A stretch of DNA of 64,000 nucleotides, from contig NC_086097.1 in assembly GCF_963921235.1 (NCBI RefSeq), forward strand, positions 197,286,001-197,350,000, in the 5' to 3' direction. Of this stretch, positions 38,813 to 49,689 are shown piece after piece. The notes under the pieces were generated by a model. That model made no database searches. It saw only the letters and a program-made list of their open reading frames with translations, and had not been told where the DNA came from. Source of the stretch: Mobula hypostoma (lineage: Eukaryota). Made by a program: the position numbers and the translations under genes. The number at the start of each line of letters is the position of its first letter. The stretch's first letter is position 1.

Positions 38813-40117
38813 AATATTCATTTCTTTATGGAAATATATATATTTTGAACTTCAAACTTTTCCTGAGTTTATTCCATAATCTCAGCGAACATCTGTAAGG
38901 TGCACCTCCTGGAGTATGATGGAATACTGCCTACTTACCTTCTTGAGTGCAGCACCAACAATTCTCAAGAAACAGAGCAACCCACTTGATTGACATCCAT
39001 CAACAACTCTAAATGTTTATCTATTTCAACACAGTGGCTATAATGTGTATGATCCACAAAATACACTATAATTACTAATCCAGTTTATTCTGACAGTACC
39101 CTTCTGATCCTTTAATACTTATTCTAATTTGAGAAGAATGCTACCGTACAGCACTATAGGAATACCTTTGCTGGAATGATTGTAACAGTTCAAGAATGTG
39201 GCTGTCCTTCTCAAGGGGTACTAGTGATGGGAAATAAATGTTGGTCCTACCAAAATGCCAGATCATCAAAATAAATTGAGTAAAAACTTATCGTTTTGAG
39301 GAAGACCATTCCAAAGATGCATGATCCTTTTCAGAGAAATAATTTTACCTCATTTCCATATTAATTGGAGATTAATTTTAAAACCCCTTTGTCCAGATCT
39401 TTTCACAAAAAGAAGCATCTCCATATTCTCCATCTCTCACGGTCTTGTGTTTCAATAAATTCTTTCTCATTCTGTGACATCTACTAGCCTTTCCTGTCAT
39501 ACCTCAAGACAACTTGCTGTTCCAGGCATTGGTGTAGTTGACCTTCTCCGAAATGTTCCACTGCATGAACATCCAAGCTTAAAGTAGGGCACTGATATTG
39601 TACATGTATTCCAGATGTGGTCTCACCAATGTTTAATTGAATCATGACTTCCCTACTTCTCTATTCATTTCTTCTGGGAATAAATGATAATATTATTAAC
39701 CATCCTAATTACTTGCTGCACTTGCATTCCAGATTTTAAGACTGATGTTCTTTCATCTTTCTCTATATGTTTCGATAATGTACATCATTTTTCAGCCAAA
39801 GTGGACAATTCCACATTATATTCTGAATTGCAGATCTGTATCCATTCACTTAACCTATGTATCTTTGTTTATTCCATATCATCTTCTCAGCTTGCATTTA
39901 AAAAAATAATCTGCTGTATCTTTTGTGTCTTCATCAAATTTTACAATTGTATCGTTAGTATTTCAGTCAGGTCATTTTTATAAAAATATAAAATGTTCAC
40001 AGTGACACATCATTTACCGCATATTGCTTTTGAGGGAAAGGTACTTCTTTGCCTATTCTGTTTTCTGATAGCCAGCTAAACCATGCCAATATGTCAGTCA
40101 TTATGTTACAATATATT

Positions 40118-41017
40118 ACTTCCGCTCAAAATGACATCAAGCTGCGGTCTTCGTCGAGGTCATGACTTGGACTTGGTTGTCTTTTTAGTTGATTTTTAAT
40201 TCATAGAAATGGATTAGGGACAGCATGGAGTTAAGAGTTCAGGTTATGGTTCAAGGACAGGCATGTGGGGAAATTAGAGGACAGGTTGGAGCCTAGGTCT
40301 CCACTCTGTGTTCAAAGGCCAACAATGTATATGTGGGACGAAGGACATCCGTGGGTGTATGTTGGGTGGGCAGACCAGCAAGGATATGTGTTGGTGTCTT
40401 CTCACCCCCACTCCACCGCACCCCCTAGCTCAGTGAGTTACTGGTGGATTCTATGTGGGCAAGAGGCATGAGGGCCTGTGGCCACTATCTGTGTGGGTCG
40501 GTGAGACTGGAGTTCTGGCTGAGGTTTGGGATCCTGTCTTTGGAGAGTCTGGCATTCGAGGCCTGGTACTTGGGGTTCTCATGGAGTGTCGTCATCATTG
40601 GCAAGTCCTGGAATCTGTATTAAAGACTGAAGCCCAAAGGTTGATCAGGCATTGAGGCCTGGTGGCCGGAGCTTTGAGTCTAATGTGAACCCAATGTCTG
40701 CGAAACTGTTATGTCCACTGGAGGCTGGAGATAGCCTGTCTTGGGGTTGGAGAACTGTGTATATGCATAAGTGGATGAGTGCAAGGAAAGAACAGGATCT
40801 GTGTTTCTGTTGTTTTGTTGCTTGTTGTGTTCTGTTTTGTATTGCTTTTCTGTGTTATATGTTGCTTTGAGCATTGTGGGCATGCTGTGTTGTTGCTGGA
40901 ATGGGGGCGAAATTTGCGTGCTGCCCCCAGTATATCTTTAGGTTGTGTTGGTTGTTAATGCAAATGACACACTTCACACTGTTTCAATGTACATGCGATA
41001 ATTAAAAATGGAACTGA
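40118..41017 (+). mobile_element. Unclassified non-coding interspersed element sharing its 3' tail with the SINE at 46237
   Basis: GC-richer block inside a decayed minus-strand CR1. 40878-41003 (GGGCATGCT...GCTGCCCCCAG...ATGCAAAT...TGTTTCAATGTA) matches 46426-46549. The 5' boundary is a guess. Confidence 0.45.
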
Positions 41018-42219
41018 CTACCCACTGAACCATGAGCTTATGTTTTTACACCATGAACTTTTGTAACCACAAAGCCTATATTGATCAAATACAACTTACC
41101 TTCCATAAAGCAGTGAAGGAGCATTAAGTGCTCTGCTATAATGCTTTTAAAATGGCTTCTGGTATTTTCAGTATAGTAGCTAATAAACTAATTGCACTGT
41201 CGCTTCTGTGTTGTCTTTTTCACTATATTCCCAACAGTTACCTTTTGTATTTTCCAAACTAACTGGCACTTGCCATGAATTAGAATTAAACTATCAACAA
41301 TGTATCAACTATCACATATGAAGACCACCAGGACCCATACAGTTGTCAACCCACAGCTCCAACAATTTGCCCAGTACAAGTGATTGATGCCTTCTATTTT
41401 TCCTGTTCTGTTCCCTTTTTATAGTTGTTTCATGATGTTACTTGTATCCTCAATAAAGAAGGACTCGCGTTTTTTTTGCAGTATTTGTTCCCAAGACTTA
41501 TTTTGCTCACTTAGTTAACTTTTGAAAATGAGGAGGGGGTTTGATAAAGAACTGTAGAAACTCTTATTGTCTGTTTTACATTTCTCTCAAGCTTTATCTT
41601 GTAAAGTAATTCTCCCTTATTGATCTTTCAGTTACTTTAAAAAAAATCCTATCTGTGCAATTCTACCTTGATTTTTTTTTTTGCTTATGACTAGTGTTAT
41701 CTCTCTATGGCATTTTCTTTTGTTGTGATGTATTCTTTATTTTGAAATACCTCCTTAAATCTCTGGTGTTTTACTTTGACTAATTGTCTCAACCTAATTT
41801 AGCAACTCATTTTAGCTAGCAATTCTTTCAAGCCTTCATAATTAAATTAATGATGATTGTGGTGGAACAGAGATTATTCTTCTCACTTGTTTTAATGCCA
41901 TTATTCGCTTATCGTGCCACTTCAAAAATTGCTTTTTTTTTGTAATTCCTGGATGCATATCCCTTCACTATAAATGTCCCAAGCTGTGGTATCTTGCAGT
42001 TACCACAGATTGATAGACCATTCAACATTGATCTTGTCATTGCAATGGTTCTCAGGCTGATCTGCAGGTACTGTCATATAAATAGAAAAAGCTGCCCTAT
42101 AGTCAAAATAAGTTTCAAAAAAGGATGACAGTTGTCTCATAAAATCATACCTTGCATATGGCATGCTAAATGCATGTGAGGCTATTTCTGTTCTTGAGAG
42201 TTTCCCGTTTGCCACAACA

Positions 42220-43420
42220 CTTGTTACTCCACTATTTAAGAAGGGTGGGAGGCAGCGGAAGGGAAACCATAGACCTGTTAGCCTGACATCAGTGGTTGGG
42301 AAGTTGTTGGAATCAATTGTTAGGGATGAGATTACGGTGTACCTCGAGGCACATGACAAGATAGTACAAAGCCAGCATGGTTTCCAAAAGGAAAATCCTA
42401 CCTGACAAACCTGCTGCAAATCTTTGAGGAAATTACAAGCAGGGTAGACAAAGGAGATGCAGTAGATGTGGTGTACTTGGATTTGCAGAAGGCCTTTGAC
42501 AAGGTGCCGCACATGAGGCTGCTTAGTAAGGTAAGAGCCCATGAAATTACAGGGAAGTTAATAGCGTGGGTGGAGCATTGGCTGGTCGGCAGAAAACAGA
42601 GTGGGAATAAAGGGATCCTATTCTGGCTGGCTGCCGGTTACCAGTGGAGTTCCACAGGGGTCAGTGTTGGGATTGCGGCTTTTTACGATGTATGTCAATG
42701 ATTTGGACTATGGTATTAATGGATTTGTGGCTAAGTTTGCTGATGATACAAAGATAGGTGGAAGAGTGGGTAGTGTTGAGGAAACAGAGAGCCTGCAGAG
42801 AGACTTGAATAGTTCAGGGGAATGGGCAAAGAAGTGGCAAATGAAATACAATGTTGGAAAGTGTACGGTCATGCGCTTTTGTGGAAGAAATAAATATGCA
42901 GATAATTATTTAGATGGGGAGAGAATTCAAAATGCAGAGATGCAAAGGGACTTGGGAGTCCTTGTGCAAGATGCACTAAAGGTTAACCTCCAGGTTGAGT
43001 TGGTTTGAAGAAGGTGAATGCAATGTTGGCATTAATTTCTAAACGTATAGAATAAAAGAGCAGGGATGTGATGTTGAGGCTCTATAAGGCACTCGTGAGA
43101 CCACACTTGGAGTATTGTGTGCAGTTGTGGGCTCCTTATTTTAGAAAGGATATACTGACATTGGAGAGGGTTCAGAGAAGATTCACGAGAATGATTCCAG
43201 GAATGAAAGGGTTACCGTACGAAGAATGTCTGGCAGTTCTTGGGCTGTATTCCCTGCAGTTCAGGAGAATGAGGGGGTATCTCATAGAAACATTCTGAAT
43301 GTTAAAAGGCCTGAACAGATTAGATATAGCAAAGTTATTTCCCCTGAGAAGGGATTCTAGGACAAGTGGGCACGACTTCAGGATTGAAGGACTTCCTTTT
43401 AGAACAGAGATGCGGAGAAA
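42220..43420 (+). mobile_element. CR1 LINE ORF2 (RT) fragment
   Basis: VTPLFKKG...RPVSLTSVVGK, YLDLQKAFDKVPH, PQGSVLG, FADDTK; contains frameshifts and stops. Confidence 0.88.
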
Positions 43421-44367
43421 TCATTAGGCATTAATATCGAAGTAGTAAAATGGATTCAGCAGTGGCTGGATGGGAGATGCCAGAGAGTTGTGGTGGATAA
43501 CTGTGTGTCAGATTGGAGGACGGTGTGTAGCGGTGTGCCTCAGGGATCTGTACTGGGTCCAGTGTTGTTTGTCATATATATTAATGATCTGGATGATGGG
43601 GTGGTAAATTGGATTAGTAAGTATGCAGATGATACTAAGATAGGTGGCGTTGTGGATAATGAAGTCGGTTTTCAAAGCTTGCAGAGAGATTTAGGCCAGT
43701 TAGAAGAGTGGGCTGAAAGATGGCAGATGGAGTTTAATGCTGAAAAATGTGAGGTGCTGCATTTTGGTAGGACTGATCAAAATAGGACATGCATGGTAAA
43801 TGGTAGGGCATTGAAGAATGCAGTAGAACAGAGGGATCTAGTTCCCTGAAGGTGGAATCTCATGTGGATAGGGTGGTGAAGAAAGCTTTTGGTATGCTGG
43901 CCTTTATAAATCAGACCATTGAGTATAGGAGTTGGGATGTAATGTTGAAATTGTATAAGGCATTGGTAAGGCCAAATTTGGAGTATTGTGTCCCGTTTTG
44001 GTCACCGAATTATTGGAAAGATGTCAATAAAATTGAGAGAGTACAGAGGAGGTTTACTAAAATGTTGCCTGGGTTTCATCTCCTAAGTTACAGAGAAAGG
44101 TTGAACAAGTTGGGTCTTTATTCTTCGGAGCATAGAAGGTTGAGAGGGGACTTGATAGAGGTATTTAAAATTATGAGGGGGATGGATAGAGTTGATGTGG
44201 ATAGGCTTTTTCCACTGAGAGTGGGGGAGATTCAAACAAGAGGACATGAGTTGAGAGTTAAAGGGCAAAAGTTTAGGGGTAACATGAGGGGGAACTTCTT
44301 TACTCAGAGAGTGGTGGCTGTATGGAACGAGCTTCCAGCAGAAGTGGTTGATGCAGGTTTGATGTTG
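43421..44367 (+). mobile_element. CR1 ORF2 fragment, same subfamily as the host CR1 at 15090-26700
   Basis: ORFs 43490..43849 and 43852..44403 are nearly identical in protein to minus-strand ORFs 15436..16311 and 15176..15424. Confidence 0.9.
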
Positions 44368-44671
44368 CCTGTGTCTTTTTCATTGGGCAGGGCTCCTCTG
44401 TAGCCCACACCTCCAATCTCATTTGTTTGATTGGAACACCTGACTCCAAATGGCTTTTATGGAAGGTATTACCCCAAGGTCTTCCAGCAAATGCATGTAA
44501 TATTGGATCATTTTCTCAATAAATAAATGAACAAGTGTAATATTCTATGTTATGTAATTGGGTTCTTTTTATCTAGTGTTAGGAATTGTGTGAAGATCTG
44601 ATCGCATTTTAGTCATATTTATGCAAAAATAGAGAACATTTCACAGGATTCACTTTCTAGTACCACTGTAC
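44368..44671. mobile_element. Tc1-like transposon terminal fragment
   Basis: Ends ...CACCACTGTA-like (TACCACTGTA; a CAGTG terminus plus TA). The preceding AT-rich sequence resembles fish Tc1 long inverted repeats, from recall only. Confidence 0.45.
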
Positions 44672-46236
44672 TTGCATATTGAAGTCCCTCATGACCATTG
44701 TAACATTGCCCTCTTGGTACCCATTTTCTATCTCCCATTGTAATTTGTAGCCCGCATCCTTACTGCTGTTTCGCGGTCTGTATACAACTCCCATCAGGGT
44801 CTTTTTACTCTTGCAATTCCTCAGCTCACTTTACAATGACTCAACACCTTGCAACCATGCGTCATCTCTTTCCATTGATTCAATTTCATCTTTTTACCAA
44901 CGGAGCAACACCATCCACCCCCTCCCCCCTTCTTCCTGTCTATCCTTTTGATACAGTGTGTATCCTTAGACATTGAGTTCCTTGCTATAATCTTTCAGCC
45001 ATGATTCTGTGATGCTTAAGGTTGTTTCCTATTACGATATTATAGCAGTGAAAAGCTGATCACAACTATTAATGCATTTTTGCCTTATGGTCTTATATAT
45101 GCACATTATATAGGTTTTTTTTTCATTTCTGGACCCCAGTGTTAGTCATGTGTATACATCTGCTGCTACTCATATAGCAGATGTAGCTCTGTTGTAGTCC
45201 AGGAAACAAACTATTTTGCTTTGGTCTTTGATTCCCAATACTTTCACCCTTGGACAGGTGGGCTTTCTGCAGTCTGTTACCTTTTGGGTAACTTGCCAGT
45301 TATCCATTCCTATTCTCAGAAGTTTACCTTGTTCACAAGCCTGCAGTTCTTGGTGCAAGAAAGCCTAATCTTGTGCATGAAAGACCTGTAGTAGAAGGAT
45401 AAAAATGAGCTTTTCATTATATCTTCACATTAAATTACTAGGCTATCTTGTTCGTGTTGATCTAAAATGAATTTCTTAAGAATATCAAAATGGAGAAAAC
45501 CATAGATTAGAATATTGTAAGCAATTTTTCTGCTTCTGAATATGTTCAGAGTCCAACATAACCGATTGCTCTGCTGTTCTATGATTTAATTTTTCTAACA
45601 GTCTGTGAGCTTATATCATATTGATAGACTTGAAGCCTCATGATATCTTGACTCAGAAATATAAGCTTAAAACAGTTGAATTTCATGAAGTATACACCAA
45701 AATGTTACAAATTTATTCATGTATGTTTCAATTCTTAGGTGTGGGTTGGGAATTTGTAATTGCCCTTTTGTTTAGGAATAGTTGTACTTTGCCATCATAA
45801 AATGAATTACCTTGTACCTTCAATTAAACAGAGGTCATTCTACAGTGTTTTGGTGTATTAATGGGGATAACATTCAACAGTCTGACACTACCAAAGTTTC
45901 TATGAACTTGTGTTTTGCGTGTTTTATTATATATTTTTTGTTTGTCCGAAGCTTAACTCATAGGATCCAACTAAAAATTCAAGTAACTTGTATACTAATA
46001 ATTCATCTTTATTTTACACTCCAGGTTAAAAAGTTTTTCCTTTTTCTTATTCTTAAAGTATTTGTTGCTTTGTATCAGAACTAGAAATCAAAACTTAGCT
46101 TACGAAATAATGGGAAATTTATTTTTTGCCTTGTGTTGACTTAGCAGACTTGACTCAGTTATTTTGTAGCTTCCCTCCAGGTGAGTATGGAATCACTCTG
46201 TTCTCCTGCATATTGTAGGTTTACTGTTCAGTCTGT

Positions 46237-46550
46237 GGCAGTATGTTAGTGCAGTGGCTAGCATAATGCTTCACAACATCAGTGATGGGGGTTCAATTCC
46301 TGCTTGTCTGTCAGGAGTTCTTATGTTCTCCCCATGACCATGTGAGTTTTTCCTGATGCTCTGGTTTCTTCCCACATTTCAAAGGTGTGTGGATTAGTAA
46401 GAGTTAGTAAGTTTTATTAAGTTATGGGCATGCTATCTTGGTGCCGGAAGGCTAGCAATACTTGCAGGCTGCCCCCAGCACATCCTCAGACAATGATCAT
46501 TGATGCAAATAATGTATTTTACTGCATGTTTCAATGTATGTGTTATAAAT
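46237..46550 (+). mobile_element. tRNA-derived SINE with a V-SINE-like central domain, degraded
   Basis: A-box-like TAGTGCAGTGG, B-box GGTTCAATTCC, central ATGTTCTCCCC...GCTCTGGTTTCTTCCCACA domain and a LINE-like tail. Confidence 0.7.
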
Positions 46551-46868
46551 ATTATCAAACACAATATTTAGCAGACTTCTAAAAGTAAACTGGTATGTTG
46601 TTATTGTAAATGGTTTCACGGATTTGGAAACAGATTGAATTTTGGGATTTGAGTAATTTTAATTTTACAAGTATTATGTCTCACAGGAATTAATGCAGTC
46701 ATCTCAATATACACAAGTTAAATTTTACTTGGATATCTTTTTTGATAGCTTTTGACATATTTAAAAAGAAGCACTTGACCTTTAATATCCCAGTATGGTC
46801 ATTACAATAAGGCATTTATGACAGTTTTCTGTGATTTTTTTTTAACTGATTGGTTGTGGTGTTTTTAG

Positions 46869-47001
46869 GTTACCAAACATCTGTTTTTGGTGTGTCTAGT
46901 GACTGCCTGTTAGAAAATTTGTCTGGAGTGAAAGTTAATGGCTGCACTGTGGAAGTTGTCCCTGCTTTACCACGACTACAAATTACTACCTCTTTGCCAC
47001 G
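46869..47001 (+). CDS. TRAPPC9: TRAPPC9 internal coding exon F (133 nt, phase 1/2)
   Basis: Bounded by tttttag|GTTACC and GCCACG|gtagga. Translates [46 protein letters not shown] did not find the next exon before position 64000. Confidence 0.95.
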
Positions 47002-48115
47002 GTAGGAGATCTTAAATTGAAGCATTCATGCCCTTATAAATTTCACGTGCTTTTTCTGCACTTCTGTTTGTGCTTGGCACCATTGAATTGTTATGTTTTA
47101 TTTATGCCTTTATGTAATTTAGTCTAGCATGGAAAATGATTTTTCAAGTAGTTTACTGATAAATAAAGTTGCAGATGAATTCATTGTTGCTGCTTCAGTT
47201 CAGTGCTACACTGCAAACTTGTTACAATATGTTTTACAAGTACAAGTTTTGTTATTTTAAAAGACTAACGTTATTGCAAGAGTACTGTATGTGAATGTTA
47301 TTTGCACTCATGCATGCAATGAAGAGCACCCAGCCATTCAGTTATTGCAGCAGAACACAAATTGATTTATTCCTTGGGTAGAAATGGAGGTTTGCATCAC
47401 TCACCTTTTCAATATAGGTGGATTTCGTTATTTTTTTCCCCATGATATAGAAATTACTTTGAATAGATGTGCAGGTTAATGGCTGTTTTCAGTTCACAGA
47501 TGTGGGCAGAGCAGTTAGATTTGCGAACAATCATTGTAAATTATTTCTCAGTACAGGTTTCCCCTGCCATCTGAAGGTAGAGCGTTCCTATGAAACGGTT
47601 CATAAGCCAAAATGTCGTAAAGCAAAGAAGCAATTACCATTTATTTATATGGGAAAATTTTGTGAGCGTTCGCAGACGCAAAAATAACCTACCAAATCAT
47701 GCCAAGTAATACATAAAACCTAAAATAACAGTAACATGTAGTAAAAGCAGGAATGATATGATTAATACACAGCCTATATAAAGTAGAAATACTTTTCCAC
47801 AATCATTGCCGGCACTGTTCGCCGAAGTGAAAATCTTACGCAAGCACTGTTGGCAAAACACGGCGCAAGCACTCTCCAGTAACCTTTAAGCTATGAAGTT
47901 GCCAAATCATACCAAGTAACACGTGAAAATACACAGCTGATATAAAGTAGAAATAATGTATGTACAGTGTAGTATCACTTACCGTAATCGGGAAGACAGC
48001 TTGCTGAGCACACTGATGATGGTGTGTTGGACTGAGTCGTCGCAGGTTGGGTGGTGCAGTGGCCCCCACCCTCCAGGCCGCTGACCGATACATTGCCGCG
48101 AAGCATGCAGGGGTC

Positions 48116-48340
48116 CAGCGGTAGCCGGGAGGCACACAACACATGTTTAAGAAAAAAGCCGAAACAAACATGCTAATTAATTAGGTGCCTCACGGCACGT
48201 AATTGTAGGCCAAGATCAGTGCCGATTGCATCGCCTCCGATCTGGGCCGACATTTACATGTGGGGCGGCACCTAATGAATTAGAATGTTTATTTCGGCTT
48301 TTTTCTCAAAGATGTGCTGTGTGCCTCCTGGCTACTGCTG
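48116..48340. repeat. Long imperfect palindrome (about 102-bp arms, 20-nt loop) inside the Tigger
   Basis: 48116-48218 is the reverse complement of 48239-48340. The mirror ORFs MFVSAFFLNMCCVPPGY (-) and MFISAFFSKMCCVPPGY (+) reflect this. Confidence 0.9.
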
Positions 48341-48717
48341 CATTCTCCGTGAATCGGTAACTGTCCGTGGCCCGGGAGTTGGGGTGGTGGGACACTGGGG
48401 TGTCATCTCATCGTCGTCTATTTCCATTAGAGCAGGCGGCTCATCTTCTCCTATGACTGCCCGCCTCGATGTCGAAGGTCGAGGTTCGTCGTCTGCTGTG
48501 GCTGATGTGGAAGGCTTGCTTGACTGCTGAGCCTCGCGCATTTTTCTATCATACAGTTCTTTGTAAGGACTCAAACCATCTTGCAAATATCCCCTAAACT
48601 GACGTACCCTTTCAAAATTAAAGTCGTACTTTATCATTGCAGCGAAAATCTCACGCAGTGGCTTCATGTTCATTTCGATTTCGGTTTCGATTGTTATCCT
48701 TTCCTCTTCCAATTGCG

Positions 48718-49226
48718 TCATAGTCATACTTTATTGATCCCGGGGGAAATAGGTTTTCGTTACAGTTGCACCATAAATAATAATAAAGCCATAAATAGTT
48801 AAATCGTAATATGTCAATTATGCCAGGAAATAAGTCCAGGACTAGCCTATTGGATCAGTGTGTCTGACCCTCCAAGGGAGGAGTTGAAAAGTTTGATGGC
48901 CACAGGCAGGAATGACTTCCTATGACGCTCTGTGTTGCATCTCGGTGGAATGAGTCTCTGGCTGAATGTACTCCTGTGCCCAACCAGTACAATATGTAGT
49001 GGATGGGAGACATTGTCCAAGATGGCATGCAACTTGGACAGCATCCTCTTTTCAGACACCACCGTCAGAGAGTCCAGTTCCATCCCAACAACATCACTGG
49101 CCTTACGAATGAGTTTGTTGATTCTGTTGGTGTCTGCTACCCTCAGCCTGCTGCCCCAGCACACAACAGCAAACATGATTGCACTGGCCACCACAGACTC
49201 GTAGAACATCCTCAGCATCGTCCGGC
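48718..49226 (-). mobile_element. Rex1/Babar-type LINE 3' fragment inserted in the Tigger transposase
   Basis: ORF 48847..49239 (FYESVVASAIMFAVVCWG...SFLPVAIKLFN) followed by AATAAA and an (ATGACT)n tail. It splits the transposase at DEDL|TQLEEE. Confidence 0.82.
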
Positions 49227-49689
49227 AGATCTTCATCAATCAGTTCTTGGTCATGGGATGCCAAAACCTCTTCAACATCATCTTCGTCAGCTTTCACAAG
49301 TCAATCTCACTTTATCCTTACTTCGTGCACCACGATCAAAACGCTTAATTGTGTCTAGTTTTATGCTAAGTGTAACACCCTTACGAGCTCTTTCAGGCTT
49401 TTCCAATACCTCAGAATTCATTTTGCAAATGGCTGCTCAATGCAACGTGTTTAAGCAATGCCGTTCCGAATCCGGGGGAGAGCAGCTGCTTGGGGCGCGT
49501 GCTGATTTTTTGCGCATCAGTGAAAACACCTTCTGTTAGCAAAAACAGGGTACTAATGTAGGTCTTTCGTAACGGTGAGGGTTCGAAAAGCGGGGGACCA
49601 CCTGCATTGCGCATCTTCATCCCTCTCAAAAGCAGTGGCAAGGAAAGTTGTGTGTAAGCAGTCATGACTTTATTTAATACTATTACATG

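Larger units (their letters stand above)
47554..49604 (-). mobile_element. Tigger/pogo DNA transposon, internal-deletion derivative
   Basis: Imperfect terminal inverted repeats TA|CAGGTTTCCCC and GGGGGACCACCTG|CA. The minus strand encodes an N-terminal HTH (ARKGVTLSIKLDTIKRFDRG) joined to the C-terminus (ADEDDVEEVLASHDQELIDEDL / QLEEER...YDFNFER...YKELYDRK). No DDD domain. Confidence 0.8.

Noticed and set aside
46237..46305. tRNA gene
   Set aside because: Only decayed A/B boxes with no cloverleaf; it is a SINE head.
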